In this document: positions 26,839 to 36,281 of the stretch, in pieces
Numbering within the stretch: the first letter of the stretch is position 1
How the letters are laid out: the number at the start of each line of letters is the position of its first letter
NCBI GenBank assembly: GCA_045594305.1
Contig: JAZNYH010000076.1
Coordinates: forward strand, 1 to 51,818
From: Eubacteriales bacterium
GTDB lineage: Bacteria > Bacillota > Clostridia > Oscillospirales > CAG-272
Length of the DNA stretch: 51,818 bases
Direction of reading: 5' to 3'
The notes under the pieces: generated by a model
Database searches by the model: none
What the model was told of the DNA's origin: nothing
What the model saw: the letters and a program-made list of their open reading frames with translations, nothing else
Program-made: the position numbers and the translations under genes

Positions 26839-28220
26839 AGCGTTACACCGTCCTTAAATATTGCTATTTCCTCATAGCCGTTTTTCTCATTTTGGGTTTT
26901 CTCTCCGCTTGCAACCCTTGCGATTAGGTCGATAAGCTCGGAGGTTAGGTCACAGCCGTCAAGCAAGGGAGAGGAATCGAAATCAATCCACCCTGCCTTT
27001 TTGGTTGCGAGAGCGTGGTTAGATGCTATTTTAATTGTCGGCACAGCCGAGCCAAGAGGAGTGCCTCTGCCCGTGGTGAACAAAATAAGATGAACGCCAC
27101 TTGCCATAAGATTGGTTATAGCGACCATATCGTTACCAACGCCGTTAAGCAGAGAAAGACCTGCCTTAGATACGCCCTCGCCATAATTTAAAACATCGAC
27201 AACGGGAGAAAATCCACCCTTTTGGATACAGCCAAGGGATTTTTCCTCAAGAGTTGTAATTCCACCCGCCTTGTTTCCGGGAGAGGGATTTTCGTAGATG
27301 ACCTGATTGTGTCTTGTGTAGTAGTCCTTAAAATCGTTTATAAGAGAAACGGTCTTGTCGAACACCTCACGGCTAACACAGCGACGCATCAAAAGATGCT
27401 CAGCGCCGAACATCTCGGGCACCTCGGTAAGCACGCAAGAGCCACCCATAGAGCAAAGAGCGTCACATACTCTGCCAACAAGAGGGTTTGCACAAATGCC
27501 CGAAAAGGCATCACTACCACCACATTTAAGACCTACTTTAAGCCTTGAAATGGGGAATTTCTTGCGAGAATCTCTCTTAGCAAGCTCCCTAAGCTCGGAG
27601 ATTAAGCGAGCGCCCTCGGCAAGCTCATCCTCGAAGTCCTGTGTGTTCAAAAAGCGTACACGCTCCTTATCGTAATCGCCGATAAGTGGCTCAAAAACGC
27701 CAATATTATTATTCTCACAGCCAAGCCCAAGCACCAAAACGCCACCTGCGTTAGGGTGTCTTACCATAGCTGAGAGAATTTTTTGAGTTGTTGCTTGGTC
27801 GTCGCCAAGCTGAGAGCATCCGTAGGGGTGAGTAAAGCACTTAGCCCCCGTCATATTGGCAAGCCGTTGTGCTATTTTGTTTACACAGCCAACGGTAGGC
27901 ACAATCCAAATGTCGTTACGAATACCTACCTCGCCGTTTTTCCTCTCGTAGCCCTCGAAGAAAATATCGCACTCTCTTGGGCAAAGCTCGCTCACAAAGG
28001 GAGAGAAGGTGTATTCAAGTTTGCCCGAAAGGGCAGTTTTGAGGTTGTGCGTGTGCACATGCTCGCCAACGGCAATATCAGCCGTAGCAATGCCGATTAC
28101 CTCGCCATATTTTATAACGGCGTCGCCTGCCTTTATAGGCACACGGGCGTACTTGTGTCCGTTTTCTACGCTTATCTCGACGCTATCTTTGTTATGGATT
28201 AACATACTTTGAAACCTCAT
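26835..28220 (-). CDS. uxaA: Altronate dehydratase
   Basis: N-terminal SAF domain, PTVGCVN, HPYGCSQLG, KCGGSD, NPSPGNKAGG, FTTGRGTP. Confidence 0.93.
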   Translation of the reverse strand: MRFQSMLIHNKDSVEISVENGHKYARVPIKAGDAVIKYGEVIGIATADIAVGEHVHTHNLKTALSGKLEYTFSPFVSELCPRECDIFFEGYERKNGEVGIRNDIWIVPTVGCVNKIAQRLANMTGAKCFTHPYGCSQLGDDQATTQKILSAMVRHPNAGGVLVLGLGCENNNIGVFEPLIGDYDKERVRFLNTQDFEDELAEGARLISELRELAKRDSRKKFPISRLKVGLKCGGSDAFSGICANPLVGRVCDALCSMGGSCVLTEVPEMFGAEHLLMRRCVSREVFDKTVSLINDFKDYYTRHNQVIYENPSPGNKAGGITTLEEKSLGCIQKGGFSPVVDVLNYGEGVSKAGLSLLNGVGNDMVAITNLMASGVHLILFTTGRGTPLGSAVPTIKIASNHALATKKAGWIDFDSSPLLDGCDLTSELIDLIARVASGEKTQNEKNGYEEIAIFKDGVTL

Positions 28221-29457
28221 CGTAAAGGAAGCTTAAATCCTCGCCCCAAAGCTCAGTGCTTGCCAAAATCTCGGCGACGCTTGATTTCTTCATTATAGAG
28301 CAAATTTTAGCGTCGTCATTTGTCATATCTGTACGATAGAACTCAATGAGCTTAGCAAAGGAGAAGATAAGATTTTTTGGGGCAGAGCCAAATCTTTTTA
28401 TATATTCAAGAATAGAGGGGAGAACACGAACTCTAAACTTGCTCACCGAGTTGAGAGCAATAGATGAGAGGTAGTGCTTTATGTAAGGGTTAGAGAAGCG
28501 AGTTAAAACATTCTCGGCATACTCAATAAGCTCCTCTCTTGGAAGGTCAAGGGTAGGAACAATCTCATCGAACACGCACGCTTTGATAAAGGATAGCATG
28601 CTCTCGTTATCCATACAGGACTTAACTGTATCAAAGCCACAAAGAAGAGCATAGGGAACAAAGGAGGTGTGTGCTCCGTTTAGAATACGCACCTTTCTTG
28701 TGCGATAGCGGTGTAGCTCGCTTGTAAGAATAACATTTAAGCCACACTTGTCAAGGGGAAGCTCCTCAAATAAGCCCTCATAGCCCTCAATTACCCAAAG
28801 GTGAAAATACTCCGAGGTGTTGAGCATAGCATCATCAATGCCAAGCTCCTCGCCCCTTGGATAGCCTGTATTTATTCTATCAACCAAGGTGTTGCAGAAG
28901 ATGTTGTCATTTTCAATCCAAGCCTTAAAGTCATCGCCAAGCGACCACATATCAGCGTATTCAAGAATACAACGCTTTAATTCTGCGCCGTTTTTGTCGA
29001 TAAGCTCGCAGGGGAGAAAAACGAAGCCGTTAAAGCCAAGCTCAAAGCGGCGAAAGAGAAGCTGAGTGAGCTTTCCAACAAAGCCACCTGCGGGGGAGTC
29101 GGTGATTTTGTCACCCTTGCAGACGCAAATGCCTGCCTCGGTGGTGTTTGAGATGATAAAGCGAAAATCGGGATTTTCTGCAAGTGCGATATAGCTATCA
29201 AAATCATCGTATGGCTTTACGCAACGGGAGATAACATCTATTTTTGATTGCATAACACCCTCTGCACCACGGCAAAGGTGAGTGTATACACAGCCCTGCT
29301 CGGTAAGAGCGTCGCAAAGCCCCTTTTCAATAGGCTGAACGACAACGACGCTACCGTTAAAGTTGGTTTTTTCGTTTACTTGCTGGAGCATCCAATCGGC
29401 AAAGCCACGCAAAAAGCCACCCTCGCCAAACTGAATAATTCTTTCTGTTCTTTTCAT
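28192..29457 (-). CDS. uxaB: Tagaturonate reductase (altronate oxidoreductase)
   Basis: IIQFGEG.FLRGF.DW, SNTTEAGI, PCELI..NG, NTLVDRI, KVRILNGAHT. Confidence 0.93.
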   Translation of the reverse strand: MKRTERIIQFGEGGFLRGFADWMLQQVNEKTNFNGSVVVVQPIEKGLCDALTEQGCVYTHLCRGAEGVMQSKIDVISRCVKPYDDFDSYIALAENPDFRFIISNTTEAGICVCKGDKITDSPAGGFVGKLTQLLFRRFELGFNGFVFLPCELIDKNGAELKRCILEYADMWSLGDDFKAWIENDNIFCNTLVDRINTGYPRGEELGIDDAMLNTSEYFHLWVIEGYEGLFEELPLDKCGLNVILTSELHRYRTRKVRILNGAHTSFVPYALLCGFDTVKSCMDNESMLSFIKACVFDEIVPTLDLPREELIEYAENVLTRFSNPYIKHYLSSIALNSVSKFRVRVLPSILEYIKRFGSAPKNLIFSFAKLIEFYRTDMTNDDAKICSIMKKSSVAEILASTELWGEDLSFLYDEVSKYVNP

Positions 29458-29467
29458 TATTTTCTCC

Positions 29468-30850
29468 TTAAAGGTTGTAATCTGTTAGATATTTCTTAGT
29501 GTTTTCTACCATTTCATCAAACATTTTTCTTGCATCGTCTATGCCACAAGTAACAAGAGGGTCTGAGGCAAAGGCGTTAAAGATAGCCTCAATGTCACGG
29601 TCAGCAATAGCCTTAGAAACAGCCTCCTGCTCGGAGCAAATTTTAGAAACAAGGGGATAAATCTCACAAGGAATCTCGCCTGCGAAAACAGGGGTTAGCT
29701 CGCCTGAACGGAAGATAGCGTTTGTTTCAACAACTGCACCAAGAGGAAGATTAGGAATTTGTCCTCTGTTTGGAATGTTTACATTTGTTATAAGATCATC
29801 AAGTCCAAGAAGAGCACGCATTTGGTTAACGCCCTCCTCGCCCGTATTCCAAAGCTTGATTTCACCACCGTTAAGAAGCTCACGGCTTCTTTTAAGACGG
29901 TTTTCAAGGTCCTCTTTTCTCCAAGAAACGGGAGTTAGACCAAACTTCATTTCCTTAACTCTCTCGGGGCTTTCAAGATACCACTTGCCGGGGCAGAATT
30001 CTGCAAGGTGACGGTCACCTGCCGCAGAAATATAGCCAAATCTTCTAAATAGGTCAAAGGTTACCTTGCCGGCACAGGCAAAGGAGTTGTTCATCCAGTT
30101 GTTATCAACCTTAGCGGGTAGTCCGTCCGCATACTTCTCGCAGTATTTAGCGTAGTATGGGAACAGGTCGATATTTTTATATGTAGCACTCGTAAGCCAG
30201 GTGAAGTGGTTAACGGCAACGGGGTTTACCTTTATGTCGTTTCTTGTAGCCTTCTCGCCGAGGTATTCCTCAACTACCCAAGTAAGTAGCCTTTGAGTTC
30301 CAAAAACCTCGTGACAACAGCCAAACGCCTTAATCTCGGGGAATACACGATAAAGTGTCTTAACGCAGAGAGTCATTGGGTTGGTGTAGTTAATTACCCA
30401 AGCGTCGGGGCAGTATTCCTTAATGTAATTACCGATTTGCTCGAACATAGGAATAGCTCTCATAGCACGAACGATTCCGCCAGGGCCGGTTGTATCACCA
30501 ACGGACTGATAAATGCCATATTTTTCGGGAGTGTGAACATCGCTCTCCATTTCATCAAAGGTGCCTGGAAGAATGGATATTACAACAAAGTCAGCACCAG
30601 TTAGAGCCTCCCTTGGAGTCTTAGTTGCCTTGTAGGTCCAGCTTGATTTAGCGTCCTTGCACTCGCTAAATCTGTTACCGATAATTTCGTTAGCCCTTGC
30701 CGCCTCATAGTCGATATCGTAGAGAGCAACCTCGCCACTCATATCCTCACAGCCCGCAAGGTCACTCATAAGTCCCCAAGCCCAGCCACGAGAGCCACCA
30801 CCAATGTAGGCAATTTTTACGCCAACAGCCTTTTTGTCAATGTATTTCAT
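29468..30850 (-). CDS. GH4 alpha-galacturonidase (LplD-like)
   Basis: GGGSRGW, QSVGDT.GPGG, NYTNPM and the CHEV motif diagnostic of GH4 alpha-galacturonidases; upstream of uxaBAC. Confidence 0.88.
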   Translation of the reverse strand: MKYIDKKAVGVKIAYIGGGSRGWAWGLMSDLAGCEDMSGEVALYDIDYEAARANEIIGNRFSECKDAKSSWTYKATKTPREALTGADFVVISILPGTFDEMESDVHTPEKYGIYQSVGDTTGPGGIVRAMRAIPMFEQIGNYIKEYCPDAWVINYTNPMTLCVKTLYRVFPEIKAFGCCHEVFGTQRLLTWVVEEYLGEKATRNDIKVNPVAVNHFTWLTSATYKNIDLFPYYAKYCEKYADGLPAKVDNNWMNNSFACAGKVTFDLFRRFGYISAAGDRHLAEFCPGKWYLESPERVKEMKFGLTPVSWRKEDLENRLKRSRELLNGGEIKLWNTGEEGVNQMRALLGLDDLITNVNIPNRGQIPNLPLGAVVETNAIFRSGELTPVFAGEIPCEIYPLVSKICSEQEAVSKAIADRDIEAIFNAFASDPLVTCGIDDARKMFDEMVENTKKYLTDYNL

Positions 30851-30934
30851 AAAGCATCTCCTAATATTAAAATTTGTTATGTAAATTATAGCATAGGCAA
30901 AATCTAAATTCAACCTATAACTGATAAAAATAAT

Positions 30935-30960
30935 AAAAAAAGAGGCATAAAGCCTCTTTA
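30935..30960. terminator. Intrinsic terminator after the HtrA-like gene
   Basis: AAAGAGGC-ATAAA-GCCTCTTT with a T-run on the minus strand. Confidence 0.7.
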
Positions 30961-30974
30961 ATTATGGAGTACAA

Positions 30975-32375
30975 TTATTTTTCGGAAGTAAAGCAGGTGC
31001 TTGTAAGGGTAATGGTGATTTCCTTCTCAGTAAAGCCACTGCCACTTGGACGGTCAACAACAAGAGTTACAGTTGAGCCAGCCCTGCCAAGGAGTAACGC
31101 ATCAAGCAAATCGTGCTGACGCACAATATTTGTTGTCTTGCCGTCAATTGTTATTGATTTTATAACATCGTTTTTATAAAGCTTGCCGTAAGCAAGACCA
31201 GATGAGCTAACGGAGTAAACAACATTTTTTTCGATGATGTGAATTTCGCCCGTCGCTGTATCAAGCTCGGTTGTTACGCCATCAACAATAATCTCGATGC
31301 CGAGCAGAGGACGCATAACAGTTTCAGTCGTGGTGTTGTAGCAGAAATTGATGATATTTTCTGCAAGTGCACTTGCCAAGGAGATAGGAATAGCGTAGCC
31401 TATGTTGTCAACCTCTTCCTTTACAAGCTTAGCATTTACAATGCCAACAAGCCTGCCATTTGCATCGAAAAGTCCACCACCCGAGTTACCGCCATTTACA
31501 GCAGCATCTGTACGCAAAACACGAAGAGAAATAGTTCCGTTTCCGTCGGGAGAGGATAGCTCAATCTCCTCAGAGATGACATTTACAATGCCACAGGTGA
31601 CGGAAATTCCCTCGCCCTCGGGGTTTCCAACTGCAATAACGCTCTCGCCAAGGGTAAGACCTGTGTCGATAGTAGCAGGGACTAAAACCCCACGATTTTT
31701 TGCATCAAGCAAAACGGAGCTTTGCTCAACTCGTAGAACTGCAATATCGTAGTTCATAGAGCCACCGACATATGTAGCCTCAATGGCATAATCGGAAAAT
31801 TCCATACCATAGAGGAAAACTGAAATATCATCGCTTATTTTGTTTGAGGTGTTACAGTCCTTGTCGTAAACAACATGGTGGTTGGTAACGATAAAGGCAC
31901 TTCCGTCGTCCTCAAGCCTGTAAATAACTCCCGAGCCAGCAGCGTAGTAAGTCTCTGTTCCGTTAGAAAAGGCAGTTATGATAGATACAACGCTCCTTAT
32001 CGCAATGCCTGAGGCGTGTCTAACATCAATAGCCTCGCCCGAGATTGTAATATCGTTTTGGGTAATGTCTTGATTTATGGTCTGCTCGATTACCGATGGC
32101 TCTCCGTCCTTGCCGTTTGCACCATCAGCACCGTCGACACCGTCTTTTCCGTCCTTACCGTCCTTGCCGTCGACGCCGTTTGCACCATCAGCTCCCTTTA
32201 AGCTTTCGAGCCATTCCTGCTCCGTGCCGATATAGCCGTTTTTGACCGCTATCTCATAGGCACTAAGACCATTATCGGGTGCGATTACCGCAGTCAACTG
32301 CTCGCACGAGGTAAGAGTGGCTGCAAGAAGCATCAAAAGAGCGAGAAGCAACGCTAAAAATCTTGTTCTTTTCAT
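30975..32375 (-). CDS. HtrA/DegP-type serine protease lipoprotein with collagen-like repeat
   Basis: Lipobox LTSC; TNHHV, DIAVL, GNSGG triad; C-terminal PDZ-like region; G-X-D repeats. Confidence 0.88.
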   Translation of the reverse strand: MKRTRFLALLLALLMLLAATLTSCEQLTAVIAPDNGLSAYEIAVKNGYIGTEQEWLESLKGADGANGVDGKDGKDGKDGVDGADGANGKDGEPSVIEQTINQDITQNDITISGEAIDVRHASGIAIRSVVSIITAFSNGTETYYAAGSGVIYRLEDDGSAFIVTNHHVVYDKDCNTSNKISDDISVFLYGMEFSDYAIEATYVGGSMNYDIAVLRVEQSSVLLDAKNRGVLVPATIDTGLTLGESVIAVGNPEGEGISVTCGIVNVISEEIELSSPDGNGTISLRVLRTDAAVNGGNSGGGLFDANGRLVGIVNAKLVKEEVDNIGYAIPISLASALAENIINFCYNTTTETVMRPLLGIEIIVDGVTTELDTATGEIHIIEKNVVYSVSSSGLAYGKLYKNDVIKSITIDGKTTNIVRQHDLLDALLLGRAGSTVTLVVDRPSGSGFTEKEITITLTSTCFTSEK

Positions 32376-32480
32376 ATAATAATCCTTTCGCTTGGTGGGC
32401 AAAATAGATGCCCTATATCTAAGTAGACAATTTTAGAAGTGAATTGGTTGGATATATTATACACTATTTTATAGTATTTT

Positions 32481-33116
32481 TCAAGAGATTGTTTTAATAA
32501 TGAGGTTTTTGTCGAACACTCCACGAAGGGAGAGCAGAGGATAGGCACGAGTGCCCTTGCCGATAACACAGCCGGGGTTTAAAACGCACGAGCAACCGAT
32601 TTCTGCCCCGTCACCCACAAACGCACCGACCTTTCTGCGACCTGTTTCGTATTCACGCTCGGCGTGGATAACCACATTTGAGCCATCGCCCTTCAAATTG
32701 GAGCAAATCGCACCAGCCCCAAGGTGAGAGCGTACACCGAGAATACTATCTCCAACATAGTTGTAGTGTGGAGCCTGAGCGCCATCTAAGAGAATACAAT
32801 TTTTCAGCTCTGTCGAGTTGCCAATAACGCACCCCGAGCCAAGAATAACCCCGCCACGAATAAATGCTCCTTGGCGTAGCTCACAGCCATCACCAATGAT
32901 AGCAGGGCCAAAAATTCTTGCCCCTGTGTCGATTTTTACACCCTTTCCCACAAAAACACCACTTGAAAGCTCCTCAAAGCCCTCGGGCAAAAGCCCGCAT
33001 AGCTCCGAAATAAACGAGGGCAGAGCATCTAATATCTGCCAAGGATACTCATACTCCTCGAAAAGTGGCATAAGATAAGGCGTGCTACACGAAAAAAGCT
33101 CCTTTGTTTTAACCAT
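32481..33116 (-). CDS. Hexapeptide-repeat acyltransferase (GlmU C-terminal-like)
   Basis: GPAIIG, HYNYVGDSILG, HLGAG..SN, GRRKVGA; no nucleotidyltransferase domain. Confidence 0.8.
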   Translation of the reverse strand: MVKTKELFSCSTPYLMPLFEEYEYPWQILDALPSFISELCGLLPEGFEELSSGVFVGKGVKIDTGARIFGPAIIGDGCELRQGAFIRGGVILGSGCVIGNSTELKNCILLDGAQAPHYNYVGDSILGVRSHLGAGAICSNLKGDGSNVVIHAEREYETGRRKVGAFVGDGAEIGCSCVLNPGCVIGKGTRAYPLLSLRGVFDKNLIIKTIS

Positions 33117-33326
33117 AATAAATCCCCCCTTTAAGAGTATATTATGAGTTTTCCCACCAAGGCGTGAATTTATGTAGATAAAAGAACAAAGTAAGAGCAA
33201 CAGGCTTTTTGCAAAAATGAAATAATTAGTTGAAAGAAAATATTGAATTTTATAATATATTATGATAACATTAAGTTAGTGAAATATATTAAAATATGCC
33301 AAGCATTGGCACAAAAGAGGAAGCTT

Positions 33327-35006
33327 ATGTTAGATTTTGCGAAGGATAAAAAATTATGGGAAAGAGTTCGCACAAGTGATGAGTTTGAACAGCACCGAAG
33401 AGAAATAAGGGAGCTATACGACAAGGCGTTTGAGGTAGAGCCTCGCTCGCACTCGGCTTGGGACATATTAGACAATAACGATAACGGACTTTGGAGATTG
33501 CAGTTTGACCACCTTCAAGCCTCTGCCCTAATGGCACTTATCTACCCCGATAACGAGGAGTATTATCGCCGTCTTGTAGAAACTATATGGGCGTACCTTA
33601 ACGAATACACCTGGGCACCACTTGGACACTATACCGAGCTTTACTATGGCGTCACCCCAAAGGACTTTGACTTTGGACTTATTGATATTTTTGCCTCGTC
33701 AGTAGCCTTTTCGCTTGCCGAGATAAAAAATCTTTTCAAGGATCGCTTCCCACAGCTTTTGCTCGATAGAATTTCCTACGAGCTCAGGCGTAGAACAATA
33801 GAGCCATACCTTTCAAGAAAATACTTTTGGGAGAGCCACGACAACAATTGGACAGCCGTTTGCACGGGTGCAGTTGGCGGAGTTCTTATGTACGAGGCTC
33901 CCGAGCTATTTTTTGAAAATCAAGAAAGACTACATAAATCAATGGAGTGCTACCTCGCAAGCTATAACGATGACGGAATGTGCGTCGAGGGAGTCGGCTA
34001 TTGGGAGTTTGGCTTTGGCTTTTTCTGCTCCTTTGCAATGCTTGAAAGAGAGCTGACAAATGGAGAGGTCGATTGGTTCAAGAGAGAAAAGGTCAAGGAA
34101 ATCTCAAAATTCATTCAAAAGACCTTCCTTTTAAATGATGTAATGCTCACATTTAGCGATTGTAGCACCCTTCAAAAATACTTTTTCAGCCTGACTCATA
34201 TGCTTCGCTCCGTCTATGGCGATGAGCTTGAGCCTATCCCTTGCGAGCTTGGTCAGGTGGTGCACGATAACACCCACTTCAACTTTGCCCTTCGCTCCGT
34301 AATTTATTATAGCAAGGACAATATAGCAACCAAGCTAAGAGGCGACATAACATATAGCGTCGACGGCTCGTGCTATCTTATCAAGCGTAAGGGAGAGTAC
34401 GGCTTTGCCGTAAAGGGTGGACACAATGGCGAGAGCCATAACCACATAGATTGTGGCACCTTTATCCTTGCACATAACGGAAAGCAGATAATCTGCGACA
34501 CAGGTGCAGGTCCATACGAGGACGGCTACCACACCGATAAAAGATACACCTTCTTCCAGCCAAGTGCATATGCGCACTCAATGCCACTTTTTGACGGAGT
34601 AGGCGAGGACAGCATTAGCAGAGAGCCAATTGTCGTTCACTACGACAAGGAGCGTGAGCGTGCCTCGATGGATATTGCCATAGCGTATGGAATGGATTTT
34701 GTAAAAAGCGTCAAGCGAGAGTTTGACTTCGAAAAGAGCAAAATAACCCTTACCGACACCTTTGATTTGACCGAGAAGAAGGAAATAACCGAGCGATTTA
34801 TAGCGACCACCGAGCCAAAAATGGTAAATGGTCTGCTCGTTATCGACAAAGTAACCCTTAATACCACCCTTACACCGAAAATTACGGTAAAGGAGCTTAT
34901 CTACCACACGGGCGGAAAATATAACGCATACATAATCGACTATGTCCTGCCCGAGGGAGAAACACAGTTTAAAATAACCTTTGATATAGAGGAGAGAGAA
35001 AAATGA
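33327..35006 (+). CDS. Heparinase II/III-like protein
   Basis: NNW, DG.C.EGVGYW, KGGHNGESHNH.D.G.F, D.GAG.Y, HS motifs. Confidence 0.85.
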   Translation: MLDFAKDKKLWERVRTSDEFEQHRREIRELYDKAFEVEPRSHSAWDILDNNDNGLWRLQFDHLQASALMALIYPDNEEYYRRLVETIWAYLNEYTWAPLGHYTELYYGVTPKDFDFGLIDIFASSVAFSLAEIKNLFKDRFPQLLLDRISYELRRRTIEPYLSRKYFWESHDNNWTAVCTGAVGGVLMYEAPELFFENQERLHKSMECYLASYNDDGMCVEGVGYWEFGFGFFCSFAMLERELTNGEVDWFKREKVKEISKFIQKTFLLNDVMLTFSDCSTLQKYFFSLTHMLRSVYGDELEPIPCELGQVVHDNTHFNFALRSVIYYSKDNIATKLRGDITYSVDGSCYLIKRKGEYGFAVKGGHNGESHNHIDCGTFILAHNGKQIICDTGAGPYEDGYHTDKRYTFFQPSAYAHSMPLFDGVGEDSISREPIVVHYDKERERASMDIAIAYGMDFVKSVKREFDFEKSKITLTDTFDLTEKKEITERFIATTEPKMVNGLLVIDKVTLNTTLTPKITVKELIYHTGGKYNAYIIDYVLPEGETQFKITFDIEEREK

Positions 35007-36280
35007 TAATTACAAGCACACAAAAGGAGCTTTTCAAGGAAGGAAAGAGGACAAGCGAGGCAGGAATTTCCCTTGAATTTGGCGACAAGGGGCAACAGAT
35101 AAGAGGCTTTGGCTGTTGCTTTAGCGAGCTTAGTGCAAGAGCACTCAACACCCTTAGCGAGAAGGACAAAAGGGCGATACTTGATGAGCTTTTCTTGCCC
35201 GAAAACGCTAACTTTAACTACTGCCGTACACCAATAGGAGCAAGCGACTTTGCGACAAGCTTCTATTCATATAACGAAAACGACGGCGACTATAAAATGG
35301 AAAAATTCTCAATCGAGCGTGACAGAGAATTGCTTCTTCCCCTTATTTTAGAGGGAGTAAAAAGACAGGATAAGATGCAAATGTTCGCATCTCCCTGGTG
35401 CCCACCCCTTTGGCTAAAAACACACCATACATACAGCTATGGAGTTTTTGACCGTACCCCCGAAAAATTAGAGGCATACGCACTCTACTTCAAGAAATAT
35501 GTTCAAGCCTACCATAGCGCAGGCGTGCCACTTGTTCACATTCACCCACAAAATGAGCCTTGTAGCAATCAGGTATTCCCGTCGTGCGTTTGGCGTGGCG
35601 ATGAGCTTGCCGACTTTATCGGTGGCTATCTCGGTCCTATGCTTGAGGGCGAGGGAGTGGATATATTCTACGGCACAATAAATGGTCCAGAGGGAGACTC
35701 ACGCTACGAATGGACAAAGTATAGCAACTACCTTGGCTACGCAATGCAATGCCCCGAGGCAAGAAAATACATAAAGGGCGTCGGCTACCAATGGGCAGGC
35801 AAATTTGCCCTACCACAAACAAGAGATGATTATCCCGAGCTTGAAATAATCCAAACCGAGAGCGAGTGTGGAGATGGCAAGAACACATGGGATAGAGCAA
35901 TCGAGGTCTTTGGACTTGCACGCCACTACTTCCGCTTTGGTGCAAGTGCATATGTCTATTGGAACCTTGCTCTTATGGAGGGCGAGCCATCTACCTGGGG
36001 CTGGCACCAAAACTCTCTTGTAACCGTAAAGGACAAAAAAGCGACACTTACCCCCGAATTTTACCTAATGAAGCACCTTTCTGCCTTTGTTAAGCGTGGA
36101 GCACGCTATGTTGAGATGAGGGGCGAGGCATCATCAAGCTGTATTGCCTTTGAAAACCCCGACGGACAAAGGGTGCTTGCCATCTATAATCCATACACCT
36201 TCGAGCAAAAAATCACAGTAGCAGGTCAGGGCTACAAGCTCCCGCCTCGCTCAATAAATACAATAGTAATAGAGGAGTAA
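35003..36280 (+). CDS. GH30 glycoside hydrolase
   Basis: GFG.CFSE, RTPIGASDF, ASPW.PP.W, QNEP acid/base, QTESE nucleophile. Confidence 0.9.
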   Translation: MIITSTQKELFKEGKRTSEAGISLEFGDKGQQIRGFGCCFSELSARALNTLSEKDKRAILDELFLPENANFNYCRTPIGASDFATSFYSYNENDGDYKMEKFSIERDRELLLPLILEGVKRQDKMQMFASPWCPPLWLKTHHTYSYGVFDRTPEKLEAYALYFKKYVQAYHSAGVPLVHIHPQNEPCSNQVFPSCVWRGDELADFIGGYLGPMLEGEGVDIFYGTINGPEGDSRYEWTKYSNYLGYAMQCPEARKYIKGVGYQWAGKFALPQTRDDYPELEIIQTESECGDGKNTWDRAIEVFGLARHYFRFGASAYVYWNLALMEGEPSTWGWHQNSLVTVKDKKATLTPEFYLMKHLSAFVKRGARYVEMRGEASSSCIAFENPDGQRVLAIYNPYTFEQKITVAGQGYKLPPRSINTIVIEE

Positions 36281-36281
36281 T

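Noticed and set aside
32481-33116. glmU
   Set aside because: Only the hexapeptide domain is present; the uridyltransferase domain is missing
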